The notes: generated by a model not told the origin, from the letters alone. A stretch of 64,000 nucleotides of DNA from Basidiobolus meristosporus CBS 931.73 (GCA_002104905.1 MCFE01000265.1:1-64000); one strand, 5' to 3'. Shown: positions 53,043-64,000, numbered from the stretch's first letter. Translations and numbers: made by a program.

Positions 53043-55820
53043 TTAATGGCCCTCCTTGCCCTTCTTGCCCTCCTCTTCTTCGAGCATAGGTTGCTCTTCA
53101 TGACGAAGGGAAAGACGTGCCATCTCAACCATGAAGTCCTCCATGCTTCTGTTCTTCTTCTTCAACGACTTACCATGAGCAAGTCTATCGAAGGCCTCAG
53201 AGTTTGACAGAATCATATAAACAAGTGCCAACACCACGAATACTCCGAACGAGAACAACCAGATACGAAGAACCGCAACAATACTGGTATGCTCGCCAGT
53301 GAACCATCCCCAGAGTGCAAAGCACGAGGCAAGGACATCAACTGCAAACACAGCACCAGCCAATTGCCAGGATGGGATACTTTCAAAGAAGGAAGTGTTC
53401 AGACGAGTGATGAAAATCAACCAATTCTCAGTCAAGGCAACTTCAAGGAACATCACTTCTTGTGGTCCACCAAAGTTCTCAATGATACCGTGACCAGGGA
53501 CAAAAGTGGTGGTGTAGGTGACCCAAGTACCAACGGTAAGAATGATGGCCATAACAAGTGAGAGTGCCCACAACTTGGGAAGGTTCCACTTGACTGGTAC
53601 GGCGGAGTAAGGGGCATTATCGTAGGCAACCATAAGAGTAGCAACATCAGCGAAAATGGCAATGAACACAACCAGTTCAATGTTCATTGACTCGTTCAGA
53701 ATGACAGTACTGGTAGTCAAGAAGATTTCCATATGGAGAGAAAGAGCAATACGGTACACGATATAGGCGTACATACGGTGGAAAATCTGGCGAGAAGTCT
53801 TGATTGCATCGATGATCACTCCCAGTCCTGGGGCCAAGAACACAATATCAGCAGCACTACGAGCAGCATCACTAGCTCCTTCTACAGCAATACCGGTATC
53901 GGCCTTCTTAAGGGATGGTGCATCGTTCACACCATCACCGGTCATGGCAACAAGGTAGCCACGCTTCTGGAGGATGTCGACAGCATGATACTTGTGCTCA
54001 GGGAACACCTCAGCGAATCCATCAGCTGCCTCAACGAAGTCGTAGAGTGCTGCTCCGGATAAACCACCCTTACCAGATGCTCCACCACCGCCCATACCAA
54101 GTTCATCAGCGTTGTAGATATTGGTGCCCATTCTGAGTTGTCTTGCGGTTTCCTTGGCAATACCAACAGCATCACCGGTAAGCATCTTGACCTTGAGGCC
54201 GAGTTCCTGGGCGGTAGCGATAGTCTTTCCAGTATCAAACCGAGGAGGATCGAACAGTGACAGGACACCAAGAATCTGCCATCCGTTGGCTGGGGTGTAC
54301 CAAGCAATACCCAAACTTCTGAAACCACGGTCGGCGAACTCAGCAACAACCTCGTTGTACTTCTTAGCAAGTGCAGGGTCCAGATTGCCTTCCCTTTGAA
54401 CCATGCGAAGCACAAACGGTGGAGCACCCTTGACTGCGACACACTTGTTGCCCTCAGGATCGACAACCTTGGCAACTACCATCTTGGACACAGGATCGAA
54501 CGGCTGGAATTCCAACATGCGATACTCTCTCATTCTTCTCTTAGCGTTAGGATACTTTCCGAGTGCCTTCACAACAGCCTTGTCAATGGCGTCCATACCC
54601 TTCTTCTTACGCGAGGCAGCCAAAGCGGAGACAAACAGCAGCATCTCCTCATCCACTCCATCCACACAGTAAGGATCGTGGAGGGTGAGCTTGTTCTGAG
54701 TCAGGGTACCAGTCTTATCCGAGCACAGGATCTCCACACCAGCAAGTGATTCGATAGCAGTCAGCTTCTGAACAATAGCCTTCTTCTTAGCCAAGAAGGC
54801 AGCTCCAACAGCCATAGTGGTTGTGACCACAGCGGGAAGACCGACTGGAACACCAACGACAGTGATGGCCAAGGCATACTCCAAAAGGGTGACAATGCTG
54901 AGAGAGCGATAGAAACCAGCACCCCAGATGATCAACAGCCAAAAGATAACAAGAACCAGCAGAACAGTACCAATGTTGTTGATGACCTCAGTGAAATGAC
55001 CAACTCCGTTAGATTTTCCAGCAAGGGTAGCGGCTCTTCCTACGAAGGTTTGTTTACCAGTGGCAGTAACAACAGCGTAACAGCTACCACGCTTGATACC
55101 AGAACTACTGAACAACTCGTCACCAGGTCCCTTGGAGGCTGCCAATGACTCGCCAGTAAGAGCGGATTGATCGACCTGGAGGCGGGAGTCTTCACCAAGA
55201 ACGCGACAATCAGCGGGGACAATTGCACCATCTTCAACGAGAATGATATCTCCGGGAACAAGCGAGGTAGCCTCAACTTGTCCCTCCTTTCCATCTCTCA
55301 CTGCGATAGCCGATAGGGCCAATGTCTGCTTCAGTTGATCAATGATGTTACCAGCTTGGTATTCCTGAAGGAAACCAACGAATGCGTTCAACGTAAGCAA
55401 ACCAATAATGACACCAAGATCAACCCAATCTCTGAGACCTCCGGAAAGACCAACGGCGGCCCACATCACATACTGAATGGGGCCACAGAAGAACATGAAG
55501 AACTTGAGCAGTTTGCTCTCACTCTCGATATCGAGCTGATTGAGGCCATACTTCTTGCGACGATTTTCGACCTCAGCGGATGACAATCCTACTCTCGGAT
55601 CCGTCTGGAGAAGTTCTTCGGGAACCTGGGATTCCACAACTTGTCCATCCTCATCCACTTCTTCGGCCGCTTCACCTTCTTCACTCCATCCGTAGTCACT
55701 AAGGATAGAAATGGCAGCAGCGGATTGTTGTGTTTCCTTTTTGGTCAAACCAGAAGTAGGCGTCAGAAGAGTGGATTCATTATTTTCGCCCCCATTTCCA
55801 GCATTTGCATTTTCCGACAT
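53043..55820 (-). CDS. PMA1: Plasma-membrane H+-ATPase, copy 9, group C, 925 aa
   Basis: All motifs intact; start at 55820 (MSEN..) by homology, with TATATA near 55902. Confidence 0.95.
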   Translation of the reverse strand: MSENANAGNGGENNESTLLTPTSGLTKKETQQSAAAISILSDYGWSEEGEAAEEVDEDGQVVESQVPEELLQTDPRVGLSSAEVENRRKKYGLNQLDIESESKLLKFFMFFCGPIQYVMWAAVGLSGGLRDWVDLGVIIGLLTLNAFVGFLQEYQAGNIIDQLKQTLALSAIAVRDGKEGQVEATSLVPGDIILVEDGAIVPADCRVLGEDSRLQVDQSALTGESLAASKGPGDELFSSSGIKRGSCYAVVTATGKQTFVGRAATLAGKSNGVGHFTEVINNIGTVLLVLVIFWLLIIWGAGFYRSLSIVTLLEYALAITVVGVPVGLPAVVTTTMAVGAAFLAKKKAIVQKLTAIESLAGVEILCSDKTGTLTQNKLTLHDPYCVDGVDEEMLLFVSALAASRKKKGMDAIDKAVVKALGKYPNAKRRMREYRMLEFQPFDPVSKMVVAKVVDPEGNKCVAVKGAPPFVLRMVQREGNLDPALAKKYNEVVAEFADRGFRSLGIAWYTPANGWQILGVLSLFDPPRFDTGKTIATAQELGLKVKMLTGDAVGIAKETARQLRMGTNIYNADELGMGGGGASGKGGLSGAALYDFVEAADGFAEVFPEHKYHAVDILQKRGYLVAMTGDGVNDAPSLKKADTGIAVEGASDAARSAADIVFLAPGLGVIIDAIKTSRQIFHRMYAYIVYRIALSLHMEIFLTTSTVILNESMNIELVVFIAIFADVATLMVAYDNAPYSAVPVKWNLPKLWALSLVMAIILTVGTWVTYTTTFVPGHGIIENFGGPQEVMFLEVALTENWLIFITRLNTSFFESIPSWQLAGAVFAVDVLASCFALWGWFTGEHTSIVAVLRIWLFSFGVFVVLALVYMILSNSEAFDRLAHGKSLKKKNRSMEDFMVEMARLSLRHEEQPMLEEEEGKKGKEGH

Positions 55821-56849
55821 CTCTATTAGTTTAGTTTCACTGCGACCTCCACTGTTCGGAATAAGCAATGATCTGAATTTCGAATGGAAGTGCCCCACGG
55901 TTATATACCCCCTTGAGACTGGAATTTTTGGCGCTAGTCTTCTCCCTTGACGCGACGCCATTGGTCCATGATCGGCTAAGTATTTTTACGTGATTGGTGA
56001 ATTCATATTGATGGTTATATCTTATGCCATCGCTATTCAATTCTTCCGCCTGGTGTGAGGTTAATGTTGGCATAAGCACCTTATTCTACACACTAGTCCA
56101 AGTTAGTATAGTGTACTACACGGGATGATGTAATCTTCGGCCATGCTCGATTCTTATTTGCGGCCCAGTCTAAGTGGTAGCAGTTACGCATTCGGTTAGA
56201 GCATCTCAATCCGGCATCTCCAGAATGATTTTCATCGGGATTGATACAGCAGAAGCAATCTTATCACTCGATAATGAATCAGCACTGTTAATACTTTAAC
56301 CATCACATTGTTGGACTACTCCCTTGGTTGACCTCAAACAATGATTGTTTATGAGTGACCCTTACACGAAAAATATCACCAAGGCTCATATGGACTGTTT
56401 ACCACGGACGCGAGATATGATCTATTCTCTCACGGTGCAAAATTCCTCGGTGGATGCTGAGGACCTCGCTATTACGTAGTCGGTAGAAATATTTTGCTTA
56501 GACATGGACCAAATCGTTTAGACGCCAATTTAAGCAGATGGTTAATATTGGTACCTTCGATGCTATCTTTAACTGCGAAATAATCCATTGTTGGCGGGAT
56601 GCCGTCATGAGCCTCAACTTATTTCCGCTAAACTATGTTTATGCAACAATCGGCGTTATCAGTTTAATCAACATGTGTAGGTAGCGAAGTTTACGAATCA
56701 GTATGGTGATGAGGATGCGGATTCGATGGGTGATTCAGTGCTCAATACTCACAAGTCCTTTCCAAAAGGAGAATAAAACATACAGATCTGCCCAATGAAC
56801 CTCGAGGGATGGGAATGATTACATTCCTTCTGGACGTCAAATAATTTTG

Positions 56850-59075
56850 GCGGTTGCTTGGTGTCCAGAGTCGAATCATGAGTCATGCCAACTCTCTAAA
56901 CTTCCATACCTCTTCCTCCTTTTTTCATGTAAAGAGTGGCTTGGATTTGACCAAGATCACCAATGGCCACGAGGGAATACTGCGAGATGGGATAAAACCC
57001 GCAGAATACTAGTGTCATGGCCGATCAATCATCCGAAAGTAACAAAGGCCAGCACAGGTACATCAGAAGCAAACATGGTCCGAGCCAACTGCTGAGATGC
57101 CCAGCTCTTGATAAGTGTTATGTTCAGACGAGATGACGACCGACCAACTTTCAGTCAAAGCGACCTCAACCACCAAATTTCTTGGCGGCATTCATGCTAG
57201 TGATACATACAGTCCAAATACCGACGATATGACTGAACCTCACGACAGGTGAAAATGACCACAGAAATGGTGGCTGAGTATGTGGTATGATCCGCGCGAA
57301 GTATAATATGTTGGCATATATACGATAGGGAAGCTGGCGAAAAGTCTCAATAACATCGATCCTCACACTCACTCCTGGAGCCAAGAATCCGAGATCAGCA
57401 GTGCTGCGAACCACGTGCAACCAAACTAGCTGGGATGATCCACGCAATCGGTTTTCTAATGTGAACGAAGGAATGCAATGCAGATTGAATTCAATCGTGT
57501 TCTCTGTGCTGGCGATTCTGTTGACACCGAGAATTTCCATCCTGGGTAATGAGGTCTCTATTGCCCACCAAATCATGAAATACTTTTAACCAATCTTTCC
57601 GCCCCTATCGTCTGATCGCTGACGGGTGGCAAAACCTACACCAGGATTCGACATCGGTGTCTTGTTTGGCGGCTAATCCATGGTTCTCGAAGTTACATTC
57701 GGATTTCATGTCGTGACAACCACGCGAAACCTCCTTTACCTTAGGAAAATGGTCACGGTGCAGCTCTACCCAAGTATAACTCAAACCATGGTGGAAGGAA
57801 ACCTGAATTCAAATCATATCGGATTGTTTCAAGAACCATTTCCACCTTAAATTCATATTAACCATTTGAAGTGGGTTCTGCGCATTTACGATCGTCTTGC
57901 CTATTTGCTCAATCTCCACAGAGTGGATGCCAAGGATGTTGGGTTAAGGTTAATTGTGGCAAGTTGCTCAAGGTTTGTTGGTTACAATTTGGTTTAGGGT
58001 TAGGGTTGTATGGCTAATTATCGAACGAGTGGAATTCGCCAGTTTTCTTAAGCATAGACACCACATTACTAGCATTACATATATAGTATGTATGCTCCAC
58101 ACCGCACAAACGAACTTATATAGCCAGCAGCCGCATTTCGGAATACGCGGAGACTTCGTGCTTTTGGCTATATCCCGATTTCCTAATTCATCTTGAACAT
58201 CAGGAAAGCACTACTTCGAGTTTCGCATAGATGCGGAGAGAAATCCATGCTCTGTACCCGAATGCTAAAGCCCGTTAACTTGGAACGTCTAACATCACTG
58301 CAACCGATACAATCATTTTCGGCCCCGTCGGTAGAGGATCCGGAGACTTAACATCATCTTCCAAACGCCCCAAACTGTTATGCAACGATCCATACCGGTA
58401 TAGTTGAGTATTTTAGGCAGAACAGTGCCGTCTCTGATTTACTGCGAAATACCCTTGATTCTGGACTGAAGGGTGATTTAAATAGCCGATCGCCAGTTAC
58501 TTGGGAATCTAGGCTAGTTCCGCAATACATTCCATCAACTGAATCTATTCCAGGTCCTGATAGAGCATCACCGTATATTCTGTATCATAGTATGCTGGCT
58601 GATATCAGACATACTATATTCAGACGAACCGTTCCGAAAAGATCATGAAGCCTGATTTCAATGGCACATTGATGGCTTGTCGTGGTCGTAGGGGCGAGGG
58701 TGATGCTAGTGATTACTAATGCGCGAAGGTCTGTAGCCGTCCATGCTGTGATGTCACTGATAAAGCTGCATGTGGTAAGGATTCAGTAGATCCCCAGTTG
58801 GGAAATAGGGATGGGATCGCGCAGAGCCAAGGTGTGGTGTCAATTCCGCTAGGCGCACTACAATAATATGAGCATTTCCTTCCGTAAAAGGCATTCAGTG
58901 TTGATCTCTTTGTTACTACAAGTAAGCATGGATTGTATAGAACCAAAAATATTGGGGAGCCGGTTATATATTCATACTGGCTGTGAGCTACGTATACCGA
59001 TCCGAATTTCGCCACCAAAGTATATGGTCAGTGTGCATTTGCTACTGGGCTTTGGCCTATCCTTATTACTATATC
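56850..59075 (-). pseudogene. Heavily eroded, near-full-length H+-ATPase relic
   Basis: Colinear remnants: KKYGLNQ-like (~59050-59075), TLNAFxG (~58890), TLTLNQI for TLTQNKL (~57975-57995), W-K-x-LGV (~57525-57545), RSTADLGFLAPG for [12 protein letters not shown] (~57375-57410), ttcagacgag for ITRLN (~57123), MKKGGRGME tail (~56895-56925). Many stops, frameshifts and deletions. Confidence 0.75.
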
Positions 59076-59315
59076 GCATGGGACCACAGTGAAACAGTGA
59101 CAAGCCTCGAGTGAATTGATTTTCATCTACTTGAATTCCGAGTGAAATCATGATTAGAATATGGCGTTAGGTCACTATCCAATCAAACACCCAACTGGGT
59201 ATCAAATAGAGACATGAGCTCCATGGGAGATATATTCAAGGTAGTGAACTTCGTTCATGCTCTCCACGTTTTGGAAGATACAGTGTACCCTACTCAGGGT
59301 TGTTAGCATGCTACT

Positions 59316-59658
59316 TGTTGTAAGTCTTGTAATTACACCTAAACATTCACTTTAGTCACTCAGATCATTGTCTACAGATCTTGGTGAATTCTGCACAAAC
59401 TCCTTGTTGGGATTTACCTGGAATATTTTCACCAAAACATCAGGTACCCAGATGATGAAAATCGCAGAGCTGCTTGAACAGCCACAAACGCTGCACACAT
59501 GCTCTTTGGCCCTCCTTGAATATATTTAACATGTTTGTTTTGCCAAGACCATGTAAAAGTATAAACACTACTTTTACACTCAATATATCACTAAGTGAAA
59601 GCCACATAACCTGGTTGCACTCCCAACCACTTCCAATATCTTTGAAACTTGTACAACA
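59316..59658. mobile_element. Copia-family LTR (343 bp)
   Basis: TGTTGTA...TACAACA; same family as 20055-20367; followed by an RNase H fragment; no TSD seen. Confidence 0.8.
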
Positions 59659-60807
59659 AATATGTCTGCAGTCAATTCATCTTCAGGACAGTAAGCTCAG
59701 TGATCTAAGGTATTATTTACACCTTCTCAGATGAAATGATATAAGTTATATTGTACATATTTCTAGCATGAAATGTTGGGTTTCTACCTAACTGTATACA
59801 CCCTTACCCCAGGGGAAAAATTGCAAAAGGCCAGCAGAATAAGATTATGGTATTAGCTATACCCTATGTCTCTCTAAACTTAGAACTCCAAAAATCTTAG
59901 GAATTAGCCATTTTGTAAACCAGCAGACATATTAACTAGGTGGAGACTATGCAATATAGTTTTCATATCAGTAATAAGATAATTCCTACTTCCATGAAGA
60001 AATACCACTAAGAAATTAAACAAAAACCACCAGCAACAGACCATTAGAGTACCAGTAGAGCATAAATAGACTTTCAAATGAATTTTAACTACAGAATATC
60101 TCAAATGGCTGATTAGCTCAAAAAATGGTGGTAGAGTATCTTTTGTTTTAATTATTGAGTTGTCACCTAGATATTCATGCTAGCTTAGTCACATAGATCC
60201 TACTCTTTGATTAGCATTCTGTCCTGAACAAATATCTTGTTGGGATTTACTGGAAATATTTTTACAAAATCATCAGGTACCCAGATTATGATCTTTCTCC
60301 AAGTTGTCCTATAGCTACCAAAGTTTGCACACATATTCTTGAGACCTACCTTAACAAGCTCTACATGCTTGTTTGCTCTACTCTATCAAAAGTTAAATAC
60401 CATACTTTTTGATCAATGTTACTACAAGTGAATAACAGGTAAATCCTCTAGTTCTCCATATCACTTCCAATGATCCTCAGAATATTGCAATATCTTTGAC
60501 ATAAACCTTAACTGTTGAAGGGCTTTCCTAGCCACATTGCCCCTTTTTGATCTCACAGGCTTCCATATACTGTGCCTTTATTGTGAAAAATACTTCAGTT
60601 GGCTGCTTCCTTGAATTCCATAAGATTGTGCCTTTACAGTCAAGAAAGGTGTAACCTGCAGGAGATTGTCTGCATACTAAATATTGCTCACAATCTGCAG
60701 TAAAGTATCCCAAAAGTTCCTACTCTATTGTAAACATTTATAAATCCACCTAAGTATTCACCAAGCTTAGTCACTTAAATCATTACCTGCAAACTTTTGA
60801 GAATACT
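59659..60807 (-). mobile_element. Scrambled copia relics: RNase H fragments plus degenerate LTRs (~60130-60500; partial from ~60729)
   Basis: ORF 60528-60713 GYTFLDCKGTILWNSRKQPT..AQYMEAC matches copia RNase H; LTR blocks (ttgttgggattta, catcaggtacccag) recur. Confidence 0.7.
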
Positions 60808-61374
60808 TGCTGTAAGAGTTTTGGAAATATTGAAAGTGACTGAAGGACAAGTAGATTATGTGACTTTCACTTGATGATTTATTGAATGTAAAAGTAGTAT
60901 TTATACTTTTACATAGTCTTGGCATAAAAACAAGTGAATAGGTGTAAGAATGGCTCAAGAACATGTGTGCAAGGTTTGGAGCTCTTTGGACAACTTTGAG
61001 AATTTTCATGTTCTGGGTACCTGATATTTTGATGAAAATATTCTAAGTAAATCCCAACAAGAAGTTTGGTCAGTGTTCTCTAAGACCTGTAGGTAATGAT
61101 CTAAGTGACTAAGTTAGGAAAGTATTTAGGTGGAATTACAAACTTTTACAACACTCCCACCCTATTAAATGTGTATGCTGACTAGTCCTAATTTTAACCC
61201 AAGAAATCCAAACTTCTCTCTGGCTAATGGTTTAGTAAACATGTCTGCAATCATTTCATTTCTAGGACAGTAAACTAAGTTAACTAGGTTGCTATCCATA
61301 GCTTCACATATGAAGTAATGCTGATATCTATGTGCTCAGTTCTAGCATGAAAAGTTAGATCTTTACCTATTTTA
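60808..61374 (-). mobile_element. Copia 3' end: RNase H tail (61154-61374) + PPT + LTR (60808-61153)
   Basis: Homologous to 61375-61945: ..FTKPL..GL.. followed by gggtgggagTGTTGTA on the minus strand. Confidence 0.8.
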
Positions 61375-62732
61375 TGCTGTAAGAGTCTTGGAGATATTGG
61401 AAGTGATTGGGAGGACAAGTAGACTATGTGGTTTTCACTTAATGATTTATTAAATGTAAAAGTAGTATTTATACTTTTACATGGTCTTGGCATAACAAAC
61501 ACATAGAATAGGCTAAGGAAGGTCCCAAGAGCATGTGTGCAAAGTTTGGGGCTGCTTGGACAACTTTGAGAATTTGTATGTTTTGGATACCTGGTATTTT
61601 GGTGAAAATATCCCAAGTAAATCCCAACAAGGAATTTGGTCAGTATTCTCTAGGATATAAAGGTAATGATCTAAGTGACTAAGTTAGGTGAATTTTTAGG
61701 TGGAAATACAAATTTTTACAACACTCCCACTCAGCAAAATGTTCATACCAGCTAGTCCTAATTTTGACCTAAGATATTCAAACTTGTCTCTAACTAATGG
61801 TTTGGTAAATATGTCTGCAATCATTTCATCTGTAGGACAGTAAGCTAAGCTAACTAAGTTATTCTCTATAGCTTCACGTATGAAATGATGTCTAATATCT
61901 ATATGCTTAGTTCTAGCATGAAAAGTTGGATTTCTACCTAATTGTATACATCTTTGATTATCTTGAAATAAAGTAATAGGTGTTTTTGACATAGGCCTAA
62001 ATCTGTAAAAAGTTTTCTTAACCACATTGCTTCTTTTGTAGCTCCACAGGCTGCCATATACTCTGCCTCTGTGGTGGAAAGTGCTATAGTTGGTTGCATT
62101 CTTGAATTCCATGAAATTGCTCCTTTACAATAAAGAAAGGTGTATCTGGTGGTGGATCTTCTGTCTTCTGAATTTTGTCCCCAATCAGCATCAGAGTATC
62201 CCACAAGATCCTGTTCTGAGTACTTATAAGTGTATCTTAAGCAGATATCAGCAGTTCCTTTTAGGTATCTAAAAATCCGCTTAACTGCTGCAATATGATC
62301 AGATCCATAGTTCTGATTATGTTGGCTGACAACTCCCACTGAATACAAGATATCTGGATGTGTTCCAAGCATGATATACATCAGACTGCCAGCCATAGAT
62401 TGATAAGGAAAGTCAGGGCTTCTAGATGGCACCAAGCTCTCTTGATTTGGTTGAGTTTTGACTAAGTTAAGGTTTGTCTCCATTGGGGTAGCTGCCGGTT
62501 TACAGTCTTCCATTTTGAGCTTCTTTGGTATATCTTGAATATACTTGGACTGGCTTAGGGTAATAGTCTGGGTACTTCTGTCTGTGGAGAACTTAATCCC
62601 TAAATAGTAACCTAGTTCTCCTAGATTGGACATCTTGAACTCCATAGATAGGCTGGATTTTCTCTCTTCCAATGTTTCTAGGTTACTGGCAGCTATAATA
62701 AGATCATCCACAAACAGTTTGACTTTTAACAA
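61375..62732 (-). mobile_element. 5'-truncated Ty1/copia element: RT-RNase H (frameshifted) + PPT + 3' LTR (61375-61723)
   Basis: LFVDDLIIA, YQSMAGSLMY, GYSDADWG, ALSTTEAEYMA, FHARTKHIDIRHHFIRE, EMIADIFTKPL; PPT gagtgggag directly before TGTTGTA at 61723. Confidence 0.95.
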
Positions 62733-62928
62733 TGTAACACTATTATATCATGTTTTGGTCAATACTCATATGAACTTAAGACAGTCTTGTATTTGAGATA
62801 TTACACCTACCTGAATGTAAGATTCAATGATGACCTGCCATAGTAAGCATTATAAATAAAGTTGTGGCACCACATACACAGGTATATGTACCACTATTTC
62901 CCCTTTGGTTTGACTCACTTCCATATAT

Positions 62929-64000
62929 ATGCCGCCAAAAAATAAAGCTAAGTTGTCTGGTTCTCAACCAAACCCCACCACTGATGGCAACAGAAGAACA
63001 GTTGGACAACAGCTTGCTTTGACATTCAGTGCAACAAGTGGGGCTACATTCAAAAAAGGCCCTGTGGACAGTGTTCCCATTGAAGGTAATAATGTGGACT
63101 CCTCAGGCTCTCAGTCAAGTAGGCAATTGAGAACCTCTGCAGAGCCACAAGCTGACTGTTATGCTCAGGCAGATGAGAATGTAGCAAACATAGTACCCTC
63201 AGTTGAAGATCAGCATGTGGCCATGATAACATCACCACCACCCATATTAGCAAGTATGTTGTCAGCTCATACTAAAGCATTAATGAAGCAATTAGGTGCG
63301 GTGGCTGATTGGATAGATGCAATGGCCCAGAGAAGTCAGGAAATAGTCCAGAAACAGGATGAGCAGATAATACTTGTGGAGCAATCAATATCCTATGTAG
63401 AGAAAGCAGTATCTCTGCTGCAAAGAAGGAACTCAGGCAGCTCAATGTCACAGCCAAGAATTGAGCCATTTCCCAATGTAACAGCAGAGGAACACTGTAC
63501 AGTCCTTGAAGCACAACAATAGTGCCCAAAGATAAAGCCCACAGAAATACCTATCACAGCGTGGGAGGGTGACAATGTGGTGTTTATACCAAGGCCCAAA
63601 AATCAAAACACATTGAAGATCTGTGAAGCCTTTGAGTGCAATAATGAAGAGTGGGCTAATATACAATAGGCTGTTAGAAGTCTAGCATGCCATCACCTTA
63701 AGGCTGGCATACCATGGGACCATCAGGAACTCAAGGCCAAGCAGTATGCAATTGACTGGTTCCATGAGCATTATCCTGGATTCAAATGGGCAATGGATTT
63801 TGGGCCAGCATTGGTATGCTAAGAAAGTATCTCAAGAATAGCAGAAACTATCAAAGGCAGAAGAACAAGGGTGCCATGGCTAAAAACCAGCAATTTCCTC
63901 AAGAGCCCATTACAAGCAGGGCCAAAAGCTCCAGACAAGCATCTAAGAGATGTCAGGCAGCTGGAAGAGAGCCAATTAGGGACAAGCAGGCAGAAATGGA
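62929..64000 (+). pseudogene. Degenerate transposon-associated ORF (coiled coil + Myb/BEN-like helical domain), runs off the window
   Basis: 197-aa ORF ends at a TAG but coding-like sequence continues (AGIPWDHQE..DWFHEHYPGF; frameshift; FWASIGMLRKYLKNSR). CpG-depleted like the neighbouring TEs. Domain call is inference. Confidence 0.5.

Noticed and set aside
21127-55820. Whole array as an assembly duplication artefact
   Set aside because: Spacers, termini and synonymous sites differ among copies; only local base-level errors (copy 3) look artefactual.
21224-55829. Many recurring antisense and alternate-frame ORFs inside the pump genes (e.g. MRSTNGGAP..., MGPQKN..., MPRLSIL...)
   Set aside because: They recur only because the genes are near-identical and codon-biased; stops and starts shift between copies.
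55821-55961. 47-aa N-terminal extension of copy 9 (MASRQGRR...)
   Set aside because: All other copies start at the MS(E/D)-type Met, and a TATATA near 55902 lies inside the extension. An alternative start is not excluded but is unsupported.
57980-57996. TTAGGG x2 telomere-like repeat
   Set aside because: Only two units, and it corresponds to the TLT codons of the ATPase relic.

Overview
Fungal nuclear DNA: short GT..AG introns with CTAAC/CTGAC branch sites, a yeast-type H+-ATPase and a Con7-type zinc finger. An early-diverging lineage such as Basidiobolus/Zoopagomycota is only a guess. 1-19 kb is gene-dense: tRNA-Thr(CGT), three small secreted-protein genes (two are spliced paralogs the ORF track misses), a 7-intron SNX41/Atg20-like sorting nexin, a Con7/RfeC-like C2H2 factor, a single-pass membrane protein with acidic tandem repeats, and two short orphan ORFs. 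The dominant feature is a ~38 kb head-to-tail minus-strand array of intronless Pma1-type plasma-membrane P3A H+-ATPase genes (21127-~59075). It holds eight intact ORFs, a ninth whose three +1 frameshifts look like consensus artefacts, an internally deleted remnant and a heavily eroded near-full-length relic, i.e. 11 slots. Coding cores are near-identical and mosaic, while N-termini, C-terminal autoinhibitory tails and spacers differ. Both ends of the array abut nests of one ~345-bp Ty1/copia LTR family that is strongly CpG-depleted. All parsing was by eye; family assignments come from recalled motifs, not database searches.
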